From a virus: a stretch of DNA of 64,000 nucleotides. The notes below the pieces were generated by a model. That model ran no database searches. It saw only the letters and a list, made by a program, of their open reading frames with translations, and had not been told where the DNA came from. The position numbers and the translations under genes were made by a program. Of the stretch, positions 28,824 through 40,339 are shown piece after piece. Each line of letters opens with the position of its first letter. Position 1 is the stretch's first letter. The DNA is taken from the IMG/VR virus record IMGVR_UViG_3300009149_000022, positions 1 through 64,000 of that record. The stretch is one strand, 5' to 3'.

Positions 28824-30488
28824 ATGAACAAAAATCAATTATTAGAAAACTGGTCACCAGTAATCGAACAAACAATTGGCACAAACGTAGACGCTTCTAA
28901 AAAACATTTAGTAGCGACCGTGTGTCAGTTACAAGAAAACTACGAAGCTAGATTGGCTTCTGGTGGTTTAAATGAAAATAACGCATATGCAACATTAGGT
29001 TCTGTGAACGGCATGGGTGGTGTGCAATTACCATCTACAACTGGAAACGGTTGGTCAACTGGTGCTGATGGATCGGGTGATGTACCTTATTCACTATTAC
29101 CATTGGCTATTCAAGTAGCGGCACAAACAATTGGTTTGGAATTAGTTCCAACTATTCCAATGAATGCACCAGTAGGTATGTTGTCTTATATGGATTTCGT
29201 ATACGCGGGTGGTAAAAATGGTTATGCACCACTAAACGATATTTATGCAGCCGGTACTGATGGAAAGTCTCCAAACTCTCCTATTTACATCAAAGCTGAA
29301 TTAGATGCGTATACATTAGCTACTAAAGGAGCAACTGCTTCTATCGGTGGTGAAGCTGTTACTATACTTGGACAATCTAGAATAGATGGTTATTCAATCA
29401 TTAAATTACCTAGAGAACTTTCAGGTTCTAACACGATGGCATCTTTGATTCCATCTACAACTACGGGTGCTGCACCAGTAACTATTACTTTTGCTGGTGG
29501 TACAGCAGGTATCATATCTAAAGCTGAACTAGTAAAAGCATTGGAAGATCACGTTATTGATTTTTCAACAAACCAAGGAGCTGATACATTCAACCAAGTA
29601 GATAAAATGTCAAGACTACAAGGAGAAACTACTCCAGCTAACGTAGGAAACTTGCAATTATTTTCTAAAGCTGTTGAAGCTAAGACTGTTCAAGCTGCGG
29701 CTGCGGTAACAAGAGAACAGTTGATGGACTTGAAACAATTTGGTATAGATGCAGTTGCACAAGCAAACCAATTCTTAGCAAATGAAATGACGCAAGTTAT
29801 CAACAAAGACGTCTTGGGTGAAATATTTGCACTAGGTTTGACTAACCATAAGAATATCGAAGCTGTAAGTGGAAGAAATTATCACTTGATCTTAGATAGT
29901 ACTGCAACTACTTACACAGTAGGTACTACACCAGCAACAACTGGTAACTTCTGGGAATATTTCGGTGCCGGTACTGTTATTAATGGTATTGATGCAGCTA
30001 ACTTAGGTGCTGAAAACTTAGGAACAAGACAAAGACGATTAATGTCTAGAATGCTTATGACCTCAAACATTATCTCAGTAAGAGGTAGAAGAGGACCAGC
30101 CACATTTGCAGTTTGTTCTGCGGGTACGGCTAGTGGATTCCAAGATTGTGCAGGATTCGTTCCTTACCCAATCGCAAACACCATCAATCAAGTACCGGGT
30201 GCTTTATACCCACTAGGAACTTTAGTTGGAATTGCAATCTACGTTGACCCTAACATGTCATTCGAAGATGGTAGAATCGCAGTAGGTAGAAAAGGTGATG
30301 GTAACACACCTGGTCTAGTATTCATGCCTTACGTTATGGCTGATACTGTTGAAACAATTGCAGAAGGTACTATGGCACCTAAACTTCAAATGAAGTCTAG
30401 ATATGCACTAGTTCACGCTGGACACCACCCAGAAACAATGTATCTTACATTGGGTGTTGATAATATTGTTGACCAAGTTTGGGCTTAA
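28824..30488 (+). CDS. gp23: Major capsid protein
   Basis: LLENWSPV, PTIPMNAPVG, VEAKT, EMTQVIN, VYVDP-like IYVDP, FMPY, KSRYAL. Confidence 0.95.
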   Translation: MNKNQLLENWSPVIEQTIGTNVDASKKHLVATVCQLQENYEARLASGGLNENNAYATLGSVNGMGGVQLPSTTGNGWSTGADGSGDVPYSLLPLAIQVAAQTIGLELVPTIPMNAPVGMLSYMDFVYAGGKNGYAPLNDIYAAGTDGKSPNSPIYIKAELDAYTLATKGATASIGGEAVTILGQSRIDGYSIIKLPRELSGSNTMASLIPSTTTGAAPVTITFAGGTAGIISKAELVKALEDHVIDFSTNQGADTFNQVDKMSRLQGETTPANVGNLQLFSKAVEAKTVQAAAAVTREQLMDLKQFGIDAVAQANQFLANEMTQVINKDVLGEIFALGLTNHKNIEAVSGRNYHLILDSTATTYTVGTTPATTGNFWEYFGAGTVINGIDAANLGAENLGTRQRRLMSRMLMTSNIISVRGRRGPATFAVCSAGTASGFQDCAGFVPYPIANTINQVPGALYPLGTLVGIAIYVDPNMSFEDGRIAVGRKGDGNTPGLVFMPYVMADTVETIAEGTMAPKLQMKSRYALVHAGHHPETMYLTLGVDNIVDQVWA

Positions 30489-30570
30489 TTTCAAATTATC
30501 AATAAACAAAAAAGGGAATCATTTATGGTTCCCTTTTTTATTATTAAATATTAAAAAAAACATCTATGTC

Positions 30571-31542
30571 ATGTCCGATGAAAATATACTAAACGAAGAA
30601 GATTTAAGATTTTTAAAAGCTTATTTAGACACCGAAGAAAAAATTAAACAATTTTTAATAACTTATATGTATATATTATCCCCTGGTATGGCCGATGGTA
30701 TCACAGAATCACAAATCATCGAAAGAACAATACTAGAAAGTGATTTAATTAATGAAAATTTAATAGGAGACGTTTTTACATTTATAAAGGGTAAAAATGC
30801 AATAAGTAAATATTATAAGGGATTAGATTCTGCCGCAAAAAACTATATATCAGCAGCTAAACAAATAGATAATTTAGATAGAGATAAAAGAGGTGATAAG
30901 AGAAAATCAGAATTGGATAAATACGAATCTACCGTTAAAAAATTAGAAGATGTAAAGAAAAACATTGATAAATTAAAAAAGGATTCTAAAATACTATCAA
31001 AATATGATTCTTATTCAAATAACAAATATAAAATAAAATTATTTCTAACTGGTAGAAAAGCTGGTGTTTCCTTATCTAAATTAAAAGGATATGAGGATGA
31101 TATAGATGCAATTAAACAAAATCAAACCACACTAAAACAAGATATTGAACAAGCTGAAAAGGAAGCAAAAGAGGCAGAAGAAAATCAAAAACCTAAAGAA
31201 ACGCCCGACACAAATTCACCTGACGATACCGAAAAAACTATAGATACAAAAAAGGAAAATATACAAAAAGAGTTAGATAAACTAAAAGAAAAGAAAAACA
31301 AAATAAAGAAAAACACCATTATTTTAAAAAACAAACTTAAAAATGGTGAATCATTAACAGATGAAGATAGAAGTAAACAAATTGATTATGCAAATAGTAT
31401 TTCAAAAATAGAAGATCAAATTGTAAAATTAGAAAAAAATTTAAAAGAAAATTCAACACTATCGTTGTCTTTTTTCATGGATTTACACACACTTAACGAA
31501 GATATTACATGCTTAGAAAATTCAATAGGAGAAAATCTATAA
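30571..31542 (+). CDS. Hypothetical late coiled-coil protein (start re-assigned to MSDENILNE)
   Basis: Follows a terminator (30508-30539) and TATTAAATA (30542); has ILNE/ILE/INE/LNE sites. Confidence 0.55.
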   Translation: MSDENILNEEDLRFLKAYLDTEEKIKQFLITYMYILSPGMADGITESQIIERTILESDLINENLIGDVFTFIKGKNAISKYYKGLDSAAKNYISAAKQIDNLDRDKRGDKRKSELDKYESTVKKLEDVKKNIDKLKKDSKILSKYDSYSNNKYKIKLFLTGRKAGVSLSKLKGYEDDIDAIKQNQTTLKQDIEQAEKEAKEAEENQKPKETPDTNSPDDTEKTIDTKKENIQKELDKLKEKKNKIKKNTIILKNKLKNGESLTDEDRSKQIDYANSISKIEDQIVKLEKNLKENSTLSLSFFMDLHTLNEDITCLENSIGENL

Positions 31543-32150
31543 GAAAAAATTTTAACACAGATATAATCTATAAGGGTTTACTTTTAGATAAGGCAAATCA
31601 ACAAGAAAAAAAAGTACTTACAACTAGTAAAATTGCACAAAAGTGGTTTGATGATGATTTGTTTTGTAACATACTAATCCAAAAGGATAAGTTTTTTATG
31701 AATAAGTTAACGGGTCACCAAACAAAAAGATTATTTCCTTTTTATCCTAGTTTTATACCACTAATAGATTCGAAAACAATTCTATCTAAAGAAGAATATT
31801 ATTGGACAGCAAATACTATTGAATATCCTTGTATACGATGTAACAATCCAACCATTTCGTTTTTGGGGGATTTTAAATTAAAAAATGTTTTGTGTGGTAA
31901 TTGCATAGAGGACCACTATATTAATAAAATGGGACGTTTCGATAAACACATGCACAATCACGAATATTCTAAATATCAACAAAATTTTTATATTATCAAC
32001 AAAGAACATCAAAGTATGATATTCAATAAACTCATTAAAAGAGAAAGATCACTATATATCAACGATAAGACAATTTTGAAATCTGTAAAAAGAGTATACA
32101 CAAACAAATTGAATCACATAGAAAAAATATTTAATTCTTTACTAGGTTAA
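31509..32150 (+). CDS. Hypothetical protein with a CxxC...CxxC zinc site
   Basis: CIRC and CGNC. Confidence 0.45.
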   Translation: MLRKFNRRKSIRKNFNTDIIYKGLLLDKANQQEKKVLTTSKIAQKWFDDDLFCNILIQKDKFFMNKLTGHQTKRLFPFYPSFIPLIDSKTILSKEEYYWTANTIEYPCIRCNNPTISFLGDFKLKNVLCGNCIEDHYINKMGRFDKHMHNHEYSKYQQNFYIINKEHQSMIFNKLIKRERSLYINDKTILKSVKRVYTNKLNHIEKIFNSLLG

Positions 32151-32799
32151 ATTTTATCAAATAAGGTAAAATTATACCCAACGGATTCAATGCTATGCTC
32201 GTTTTTATTTCTATTACATTATTTTCTTCATCATATACAAAGGGTGTTTCACTATAGAACGAACCGTTATATTTAACCTTTCCATTTTTTGATATTGTAT
32301 AATGTTCGATTATAGAACAATTACACATTTCTATATAAACATGTAACTTTTTTCTTTTATCCAGTATTCGTTTTCTGACAACAGAAATATTATTCTTTAA
32401 AAATGTTATAGTTGATTTTATTTCCAGATATTTCTTTTTCAATTGTAACACACTACGTGTTGCAATTTCATCTATTTCAGCTAGTTCTAGTGAAGTTCCG
32501 GGTAATTCATAAATATAATTAAACAATTTTTCACTTTTCTTATCTTTATTAATAATTTCATAACTAGCAATAAAAGATTCTAAGTCTCTATATCTTTTTT
32601 CCAATGTTTCAAACTCTTGAAACAAAAACCCTTTATCAATGTTTTGCTCAACTCTTTGTAAATATGCCATTAGTTTCCAATGTTTGTGTTCGACATCTAT
32701 AGGTTCTTCTACAAACCACGTGTTAGGGAATTCGTTTGGAACATAGTTCTTATCTTCGATTATAATTTTATCGGTTCCTATAAAATATTCTGTATTCAT
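32131..32799 (-). CDS. Hypothetical protein
   Basis: 222 aa ORF divergent from the clamp loader; normal composition. Confidence 0.6.
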   Translation of the reverse strand: MNTEYFIGTDKIIIEDKNYVPNEFPNTWFVEEPIDVEHKHWKLMAYLQRVEQNIDKGFLFQEFETLEKRYRDLESFIASYEIINKDKKSEKLFNYIYELPGTSLELAEIDEIATRSVLQLKKKYLEIKSTITFLKNNISVVRKRILDKRKKLHVYIEMCNCSIIEHYTISKNGKVKYNGSFYSETPFVYDEENNVIEIKTSIALNPLGIILPYLIKFNLVKN

Positions 32800-32843
32800 A
32801 TTGTCTTTAATTAGTATAAAACATTGTTACTAATTTATTTAAT

Positions 32844-33797
32844 ATGAGTTTAAAAAACAACATTTGGGTCGAAAAATATAGACCACAAACATTAGAAGAA
32901 TTAATTATACCCGAACGTGTTTATAATAAATTCAAAGGTGGTAAATTGAACAACCATGTTTTGTTATATGGTAGTCCCGGATTGGGTAAAACTAGTTTAG
33001 GTAAAATCATAGCAAAAGATATGGTGAGTTTAGAAATAAATTGTTCACTTGATACTAGTGTAGACAATGTAAGGAATAAAATAACAGATTTTTGTTCTAA
33101 TATTTCTATTTTAAATGGTAAGAGAGGTCAAAAAGTAGTTTTGTTAGATGAGTTTGATGGTGTTTCTGAACAATATCTAAAAGCTATGAGGGGTGTGATA
33201 GAAAAATTTGCATCGACAACCAGATTTATAGCAACTTGTAATTATATTCAAAAGATACCTGATAACGTACAATCAAGATTTGATTGTATAAATTTCGATT
33301 TTCCGAAAGAGGAAGAAAGAGATTTAATGAAAAAATACTTGATTAGGTTTAACACAATATGCAAAGCTGAAGGAATTACAATTGAGCCCAAGGTCATGGG
33401 TAAAATTATAAAAAAACACTTTCCAGATCTTAGAAGTACTATAACATTTTTACAAGGAATGTACGAAGAAGGTAAATCTGAAATCAAAGAAGAAGATTTA
33501 TCGACATTCACGGGTGAAAATAAAGAATTGTTTGATAAGTTGTCGAATGCTAACGAAAAGTTTATCGACATTTATGTTTACGCATTTAAAAATCATGTCA
33601 ATAATGAAGACAATGTGTTTAATTCATTGGGTAAAGAATTTATAGATTACCTAATGAAAAAAGAAATAGATTCTAATAAAATAGGTAATGTTATTGTCGA
33701 TGTTGCTGATTATACATATAAATCTAATTTCGTTATAGATAAGTTCGTAACACTTTCTGCTTGTTTACAAAAAATTAAAAAAACACTAAATGAATAA
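32844..33797 (+). CDS. gp44: Clamp loader large subunit (RFC-like AAA+)
   Basis: WVEKYRP, GSPGLGKT, LDEFD, SRF, FPDLR. Confidence 0.93.
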   Translation: MSLKNNIWVEKYRPQTLEELIIPERVYNKFKGGKLNNHVLLYGSPGLGKTSLGKIIAKDMVSLEINCSLDTSVDNVRNKITDFCSNISILNGKRGQKVVLLDEFDGVSEQYLKAMRGVIEKFASTTRFIATCNYIQKIPDNVQSRFDCINFDFPKEEERDLMKKYLIRFNTICKAEGITIEPKVMGKIIKKHFPDLRSTITFLQGMYEEGKSEIKEEDLSTFTGENKELFDKLSNANEKFIDIYVYAFKNHVNNEDNVFNSLGKEFIDYLMKKEIDSNKIGNVIVDVADYTYKSNFVIDKFVTLSACLQKIKKTLNE

Positions 33798-34983
33798 ATT
33801 TACACTAATAGTCGATGGTAACTATTTATTATATTCTACTTTGAGTGTGATTCAGCTATTTTCGCCCAAAAACACTATGTTTTTGAAAGACAATGATGAA
33901 GAAATCATAAGAAAAGATACAAACGTGTTGTTAGAAAAACTCACACAAGTATATTCTAAAGACATTAGAAGTATTAGTCCCATATTAGAAAATGTTGTGA
34001 TTACTGTTGATGATTCCAATTCTTGGCGAAAAGATTTACACTTAACGAAAAATTATAAGGGTATAAAAAAACATTTACACTATAAGGGTAACCGACACAA
34101 GGACGAAAGTTTAAATTGGAATATTATTTTCGAAGTATTCAATTCATTTTTAAAAGGTGTTGCCCTATCATCTAATGTTCACTTTAAATCTATTCCCGGA
34201 TGTGAAGCTGATGATTTAATATTTGGGTATGCAAATTATTTAAGTGCGATGGGTAAAAGTTCTATAATTTATTCTGGTGATGGTGACTTAAAACAATGTG
34301 TGGGATTTAATAAAAGTAAAAATGCGTTTATAGTTCAATATCAAAAACAAATTAAGAAAATGTGGATTGATAGAGAAACCGCTTTATACTTAAAAGAAAA
34401 CCAAAAATCATACTTAGTTGATTGCATTCGTTCCGTCGTTGCTAATACATCATCTAAACTTAGTGTTGTGAACCCATTTGAGGTCGTTCTGGGCAAAGTT
34501 TTAGGTGGTGATGTATCAGACAACATTTTTCCAATTATCGTTGAATCTAGACAATATAAACCAACCGCAAAAAAAGCAGGTGAATGGTTCGAAACTGGTG
34601 TGACTAATACAATTATTAATAATATACAAAAAGAAATTGAATTTTCAAAATATAACGTAGAAGATTTATTTCGCTCGGATTTCAAAAAAAAGTTAGCAAG
34701 TTCTACATTGCGAAATTTCAAAACACAAAATCGCTATTCGGTTGATGATATTGAAAACAACGTAGATGTTAATACAACATTAGTATTATTACATAAAGAT
34801 ACTATACCTAGTTATTTGTATTCTGAAATAATAGATTGGTGCGAAAAGGTTTTTGAAAAAAAGAATTGTGATTTAAAAACCCAATTTGATTATAAGAAAT
34901 TATTACAATCTATATCACTATATGATAAAAAGTTACATGACAATTCATCAAGTGCAAGTATTTTTAAAGAATTAGGTATATGA
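33790..34983 (+). CDS. rnh: RNase H / 5'-3' flap exonuclease
   Basis: IVDGN, SWRK, YKGNR, EADD, SGDGDLKQ, GDVSDNI. Confidence 0.88.
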   Translation: MNKFTLIVDGNYLLYSTLSVIQLFSPKNTMFLKDNDEEIIRKDTNVLLEKLTQVYSKDIRSISPILENVVITVDDSNSWRKDLHLTKNYKGIKKHLHYKGNRHKDESLNWNIIFEVFNSFLKGVALSSNVHFKSIPGCEADDLIFGYANYLSAMGKSSIIYSGDGDLKQCVGFNKSKNAFIVQYQKQIKKMWIDRETALYLKENQKSYLVDCIRSVVANTSSKLSVVNPFEVVLGKVLGGDVSDNIFPIIVESRQYKPTAKKAGEWFETGVTNTIINNIQKEIEFSKYNVEDLFRSDFKKKLASSTLRNFKTQNRYSVDDIENNVDVNTTLVLLHKDTIPSYLYSEIIDWCEKVFEKKNCDLKTQFDYKKLLQSISLYDKKLHDNSSSASIFKELGI

Positions 34984-35420
34984 TAATTAAAACACCATTC
35001 GATATAATGAATCATTTGGGTAAATCATCATATAATGAAATATCCAACATAGATAAAAAAAGACATTCTTTTATTATTAATAGAATGATGTCCAGGACAT
35101 TACCCGATGTTGCTATTGACATGTCTCACATGAAAATGATACCAGAAACAGTTGTTGATTTTTGGCATTGTGCTTTTATGGATATGTCAAGAACACCAAG
35201 GGGTATGAAAATATTATCACACATACGATCTGCTTTTAGAATTAGTATGGCTGGTGCAAAGAAAAAAGTTTCTAAAAAAATAGATTCAGATTTATCAAAA
35301 AAATACATGCAAATTAGTAAAATAGGACAAAAAGAATTTGGTGTTTTGTCACATTATTACGAAAAGGAATTGATTAAATATCTAAAGAAACTATCTTATA
35401 TGATAGAAACTACTAAATAA
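34980..35420 (+). CDS. gp62: Clamp loader small subunit
   Basis: PFDIMNHL...FIINRMMS pattern; near gp44. Confidence 0.65.
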   Translation: MIIKTPFDIMNHLGKSSYNEISNIDKKRHSFIINRMMSRTLPDVAIDMSHMKMIPETVVDFWHCAFMDMSRTPRGMKILSHIRSAFRISMAGAKKKVSKKIDSDLSKKYMQISKIGQKEFGVLSHYYEKELIKYLKKLSYMIETTK

Positions 35421-35422
35421 AT

Positions 35423-36202
35423 ATGAACATTAAAGAAAAATTTTGGGTGGGAACTTTCATATCACTATGGGTTCTCGTAAGTACTGTGAGTACATTTCAC
35501 AGTGTGGAATTCTTTGGATTATCAAATAATTTATTTCTTTCTTGGTGTATAGCAATCGGTTTTGAAATTGGTGCAATGGCATCACTAGGGGGGTTGTTAA
35601 TTGACAAGGGAAATAAAACAATCGTTTGGATGTTGTTCATTATACTAACAGCTTTTCAAATTCATGGTAATATGTATTGGGCATGGTCACATGCTGGTGA
35701 TATATCTGAATGGTCTAAGTTATTCGATTTAGTTGAAGAAGACCCAAATTTTACAAAAAGAGTATTTGCATTTATAAGTGGTGGGATATTACCCCTAATT
35801 TCATTGGGGTTTATTAAATCATTAATGGATTATATGAAACCTAAAGATGAGGTTGTAAAAGACAAAAATGATACACAAGAAGAAAAAACGGTTGAAAATA
35901 CGATAGAAGATATCGAAGAAAATAAAAACGAATTACAAGAAGATGATTCTTTAGTTAACTTAGAAACCGAAATTGATATTCCCGAAAACACCCCAGTTGA
36001 AAATGATAATTTTGAAAAGTGGTCAACAAGTGAATCAGAAGACCTGATGCCCGATGAACTTTTCGAATTAGGTAAACAAGAACCTGAACCTATTGACTAT
36101 AATCCATTACCACGTGTGTTAAATAAGGAGATAGACCCTACTAAGTTAGGTGACATTATTGATAATGCAGAAAATACTGTAAATTCAATAGGTGAAAAAT
36201 AA
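35423..36202 (+). CDS. Multi-pass membrane protein with acidic C-terminal tail
   Basis: About 4 hydrophobic segments; late motif at 35372. Confidence 0.6.
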   Translation: MNIKEKFWVGTFISLWVLVSTVSTFHSVEFFGLSNNLFLSWCIAIGFEIGAMASLGGLLIDKGNKTIVWMLFIILTAFQIHGNMYWAWSHAGDISEWSKLFDLVEEDPNFTKRVFAFISGGILPLISLGFIKSLMDYMKPKDEVVKDKNDTQEEKTVENTIEDIEENKNELQEDDSLVNLETEIDIPENTPVENDNFEKWSTSESEDLMPDELFELGKQEPEPIDYNPLPRVLNKEIDPTKLGDIIDNAENTVNSIGEK

Positions 36203-36212
36203 TTAACTATAA

Positions 36213-37277
36213 ATGTCAAGTACTACTAAATGTGTAATAAGAATAGATGAAAATGGCCCAAGAGTAGAATCTAATGGTAATGTAATCGCAAGTGATTTAA
36301 AATTAACACTAAAGGATTACACACCAGATGTTACAAATTGGACCACTTGGAATGGTACATTAAATATGGGTGATGAAATCAATATCACAACACCTTATAG
36401 TTTTATTGCTGTTCGTGCAAGAAATTTAGGTACTAGTATTGGCAGTACTATAAATACATCAAACGGATCTATTGATTTAACCAGTGCATGTTTACCAGCA
36501 AACAACTCACTAGCTAGTAATTGTGGGTGTAATTCAACAGGTGATTCCACCAGTGATGTCCTACTAGATTTTGAAATGAGTCAATACACAACATACGAAC
36601 TAGATAATAAAACCATATATTCAGATAATGCATATGTTTTTGATTGTTCACATGGTACAACAGCTTCTGGTGTAACAGGGTGGACAGGATGTGTGTGTTC
36701 AGATACTATAGATTGTGGTGCAACAGGTGCAACGGGTGCAACAGGTTCTGTTGGAATAACTGGTGCTATAGGTGGTACTTGTATCATAGGGGCAACGTCT
36801 TCGGCAAAAGGTGTATACGATTATGTTTTTACTGGAATCCTTAAAGATAACAATATAGTAATCAAATCTAGTGATGCCGAATCCGATTATAAGTGTAAGT
36901 TAGATTATTATGCTTATGGTAAAGTAGACAATGAATACATTTTGTTTATTTTTGATGATACACATGGTAAGTGGGTAATAGTCAAATTAGATCAAAAAAT
37001 AAGTGATATAGTAGAAAATAAAATCTCTTTTAATATCATTGAATTAATAGAGTGGTCTGAAAGTAATTACACTTATAAAAATAGTAATATAACAATGCCT
37101 AGTAGTATAGGTTATACTGGCACTAATACTTATGTTGGTTCTATTTCAGAACTAGACAGTAATATGCCAGTTATATTCAAGTTGAATAGTTTATTTATAA
37201 TGGAATCAAAAACCTTTACTGGTAAAATATCCACTAAGGTAAATAACCTAGATGTCAACATAATGTTAGCAGTTTAA
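36213..37277 (+). CDS. Putative virion structural protein, Ser/Thr/Cys-rich with a short GAT collagen-like tract
   Basis: GATGATGATGSVGITGAIG; beta-rich composition. Confidence 0.5.
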   Translation: MSSTTKCVIRIDENGPRVESNGNVIASDLKLTLKDYTPDVTNWTTWNGTLNMGDEINITTPYSFIAVRARNLGTSIGSTINTSNGSIDLTSACLPANNSLASNCGCNSTGDSTSDVLLDFEMSQYTTYELDNKTIYSDNAYVFDCSHGTTASGVTGWTGCVCSDTIDCGATGATGATGSVGITGAIGGTCIIGATSSAKGVYDYVFTGILKDNNIVIKSSDAESDYKCKLDYYAYGKVDNEYILFIFDDTHGKWVIVKLDQKISDIVENKISFNIIELIEWSESNYTYKNSNITMPSSIGYTGTNTYVGSISELDSNMPVIFKLNSLFIMESKTFTGKISTKVNNLDVNIMLAV

Positions 37278-37294
37278 TTTAAATATATATAAAA

Positions 37295-37537
37295 ATGGAA
37301 AACAAACAAAACCAAAAACACAAAGTTACTAATATAAACGAAGCGGTTTCGATATTAAGACAAGCTGCCGAACTTGGTAGACAACGAGGTATATTCGAAT
37401 GGGGAGATTTAGATTTAATCAAACAATCTATGGATCTTTTAGATGAAGCCGCTGAAAATGCACAAAAAAATCAATCTACACCCAAAGTAGATAACGAAAC
37501 AAACGAAGTTGTATTAGAACCCACTAAACAACAATAG
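37295..37537 (+). CDS. Hypothetical protein
   Basis: 80 aa ORF. Confidence 0.55.
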   Translation: MENKQNQKHKVTNINEAVSILRQAAELGRQRGIFEWGDLDLIKQSMDLLDEAAENAQKNQSTPKVDNETNEVVLEPTKQQ

Positions 37538-38746
37538 ATGAATTCTAAAATAGTATTAACTATGATAGTAAAGAATGAGGAGCACGTTATAGAACGCGCC
37601 CTCAATTCTTGTTATAATATGATAGATTCCTATTGTATAGTAGACACAGGTTCTACCGATAACACTAAAGAAGTTATTAAAAATTTCTTTGATTCTAAAG
37701 GGATAAACGGTAAAATTGTTGATTTTGAATTCACTAATTTTGAGGATTGTAGAAACAAAAGTATAGAACACGCAAAGAATTTGGGCGACTATGGGTTTTG
37801 GATAGACGCAGATGAACAATTAGTTTTAGATAAAACTTTTACTAAAGAATCGTTCAAATTATTTACAAAGAAATACAATTTCCCGGATCAACTTGCGGTA
37901 ATGTGTCACTATGGTAATGTAAAATACCATAGATCACAATTTTACAAATTCGATACAAACTGGTATTGGTATGGTCCAGTACACGAGGTTTTAAAATGTG
38001 ACAAAAAAACAACTTCCATAGAGTTTCCTTTTGGACATGTTCAAATATCATCAGATGGTAATTCTTGGAAAACAGATGATTTATCAAAAAAATATCAAGA
38101 CCATGCTGAAATACTATTAAAGTATCAAGAAGATAACGATTGGGAAGACCCAAGATGGACATTTTATTTGGCACAGTCATATAAAGATGCTGCAAATATC
38201 AGACTTTCAAACGACCCATCCGACGAATTGGGCATAACACTAGCAAAAAAAGGAATACAATATTTTACCGAAAGAACAAAAACGAATACTGGGTTTTATC
38301 AAGAAATTTATTATTCACAATTGATGATTGCCAGACTAAATTATCACATATCTAGCGACGAGGTGATTATGAAACATTTGATGAAATGTGAAGAAATGAA
38401 TTTAGATAATAGGGTTGAACACATTTTTAATTTGTGTTCGTTTTTACAAACATCTAATTTACACAAAAATGCTTTGTTTTATTTGAAACAAGGGTTGAAA
38501 TATTTAAAAGATGGGTGTAAAAGTACACTATTTGTAGAATCTTTTGTGTATGAATGGGCACTGTATGACATGTATGCAATTTCCTTGTTTTATACTAATA
38601 AAATAGAAGAATCGTTAAAATATTTCAAATATGCACTTAAAAAAGCCGAAAATGGAAACGCATCAAATATTGACATTGAAAGAGTTAGAAATAATGTTAA
38701 ATCCGCTGAGAATGCGATTAGGCAATACAATAGTAAAACTAAATAA
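37538..38746 (+). CDS. Glycosyltransferase family 2 with TPR-like C-terminus
   Basis: MIVKNE, VDTGSTD, RN, WIDADE, GPVHE, FYLAQSY. Confidence 0.88.
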   Translation: MNSKIVLTMIVKNEEHVIERALNSCYNMIDSYCIVDTGSTDNTKEVIKNFFDSKGINGKIVDFEFTNFEDCRNKSIEHAKNLGDYGFWIDADEQLVLDKTFTKESFKLFTKKYNFPDQLAVMCHYGNVKYHRSQFYKFDTNWYWYGPVHEVLKCDKKTTSIEFPFGHVQISSDGNSWKTDDLSKKYQDHAEILLKYQEDNDWEDPRWTFYLAQSYKDAANIRLSNDPSDELGITLAKKGIQYFTERTKTNTGFYQEIYYSQLMIARLNYHISSDEVIMKHLMKCEEMNLDNRVEHIFNLCSFLQTSNLHKNALFYLKQGLKYLKDGCKSTLFVESFVYEWALYDMYAISLFYTNKIEESLKYFKYALKKAENGNASNIDIERVRNNVKSAENAIRQYNSKTK

Positions 38747-38937
38747 AGAATATGAATCCAATAAGGAAATAATATTTACTTTTGGTGATAACAAACTTCT
38801 TTTATACAAAACACCATATAGTCCTATATATTACAAAAATGGTAATATAGATGATTTGTGTGTAAAAATTAACGATTTCAGAAAGGTGTTAAATAAACTA
38901 ACATTTAGTGAAAATAGTATATATATGACATTTCATA

Positions 38938-39288
38938 ATGGAAACTAAAAAAATCACATATTTCGATACTACAAAAAAATTACTACAAAATTTAGAAAAT
39001 TGTACTAACAAGGATATTGATGTTTCATTTATAAAAGATGCACTAAAAACAATTATAAATATAATGCAAACACAAAACTCATTTATCGAATACTTAGTTG
39101 AATTAGACGATAACATGGAATTAGTTTCTGACGATTCCCAAATAATAAAAGGTATGATTTGTTTTATAAGAGGTCGAAAGAAATTTGGTAAAATAGTAGA
39201 CATAGATGAAGAATCTGGAATATATACACTTAAAGTTTTGGATACTGACGAAAAACTAAGAGTGACTAAAAAACACTTTAATATTTAG
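38938..39288 (+). CDS. Hypothetical protein
   Basis: 116 aa ORF; C-terminus looks like a small beta-barrel. Confidence 0.5.
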   Translation: METKKITYFDTTKKLLQNLENCTNKDIDVSFIKDALKTIINIMQTQNSFIEYLVELDDNMELVSDDSQIIKGMICFIRGRKKFGKIVDIDEESGIYTLKVLDTDEKLRVTKKHFNI

Positions 39289-39316
39289 ATTAAATAAAAC
39301 ACACAAAATTTATAAT

Positions 39317-40339
39317 ATGGATAACAACAACAAAGATTTGTCACCACAAGAAAAAGCATTACGTGGAATAGACAACGAACCCAATACAACATCAGAAGAA
39401 AAAAAAGGTCTTAGTGACTTAGAAAATGCAATCAATACTGACCCCGAAGAAAAGGTAAAATCTTTAGGTAAAGTAGAAAGATACGATTATGCAAAAGACT
39501 CTACCGAACAAACAGAATTAAAACATGGATTCTTTTCTGTTGATGTTTCTGAATTCCCTTCTAAAGGTAGGTTCTACGCAAGAGGAACTAAAGTAAGAAT
39601 AAAAGCAGCAACAGTTAAAGACATTAGAACATTTTCAGCATTGGACGAAGATAATCCTTATGAAGTAGATGATGCATTAGTAGAATTATTAAGTAATTGT
39701 GTAAAAGTATCATTCCCAGATAAAGTAGGTTCTTGGAAAGATATACTAGAAGAAGATAGAGTAAGTCTTATATTGAGCATAAGAGAACTTACCTTTGCTG
39801 AGGGTGAAAATAAAATAGCATTTAAAGTTAAATGTGAATCGTGTGGAACCGAAAACGATATGGAAATTATAAATCAAAATTTTCAAAAAAGAGAACTAAA
39901 CGAAAAAATAGCAAAGTATTATTCAGAAGATGATAAACAATTTAACATCAAAACAAAAACATATGGTACTATAAACATAAAACCACCGACTATTGGTATT
40001 ATGAGAGTAGTAAACAAATACATACGAAGTTTACAAGAAAATAAAGAAAATATAAAGGAATACTTACCATTCTTAAAAACAGTACCATATATGATTGAAG
40101 AATGGAGAGGGTTATCTGTTGAAAATATGAGCAATTACCGAATGGAATTTCTTAGGTGGAATACTGACAAATTCTTAACATATAGTAAACTAGTAGAATT
40201 GGCACAAATATCCGTTAAAGAAAAATTAATGAAACCTTGTACAAAATGTGGAGATCCAATAGAAGCAGATGTTGAACTTCCTACAGGAATAAAAGGATTA
40301 TTCATTGAAGATGGTATATTAGATGATGAGTTGATGTAA
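39317..40339 (+). CDS. gp26: Baseplate hub subunit
   Basis: FPSKG.FY, ATVKD, DR..LILSIR, CESC, CTKC, GIKGLF. Confidence 0.75.
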   Translation: MDNNNKDLSPQEKALRGIDNEPNTTSEEKKGLSDLENAINTDPEEKVKSLGKVERYDYAKDSTEQTELKHGFFSVDVSEFPSKGRFYARGTKVRIKAATVKDIRTFSALDEDNPYEVDDALVELLSNCVKVSFPDKVGSWKDILEEDRVSLILSIRELTFAEGENKIAFKVKCESCGTENDMEIINQNFQKRELNEKIAKYYSEDDKQFNIKTKTYGTINIKPPTIGIMRVVNKYIRSLQENKENIKEYLPFLKTVPYMIEEWRGLSVENMSNYRMEFLRWNTDKFLTYSKLVELAQISVKEKLMKPCTKCGDPIEADVELPTGIKGLFIEDGILDDELM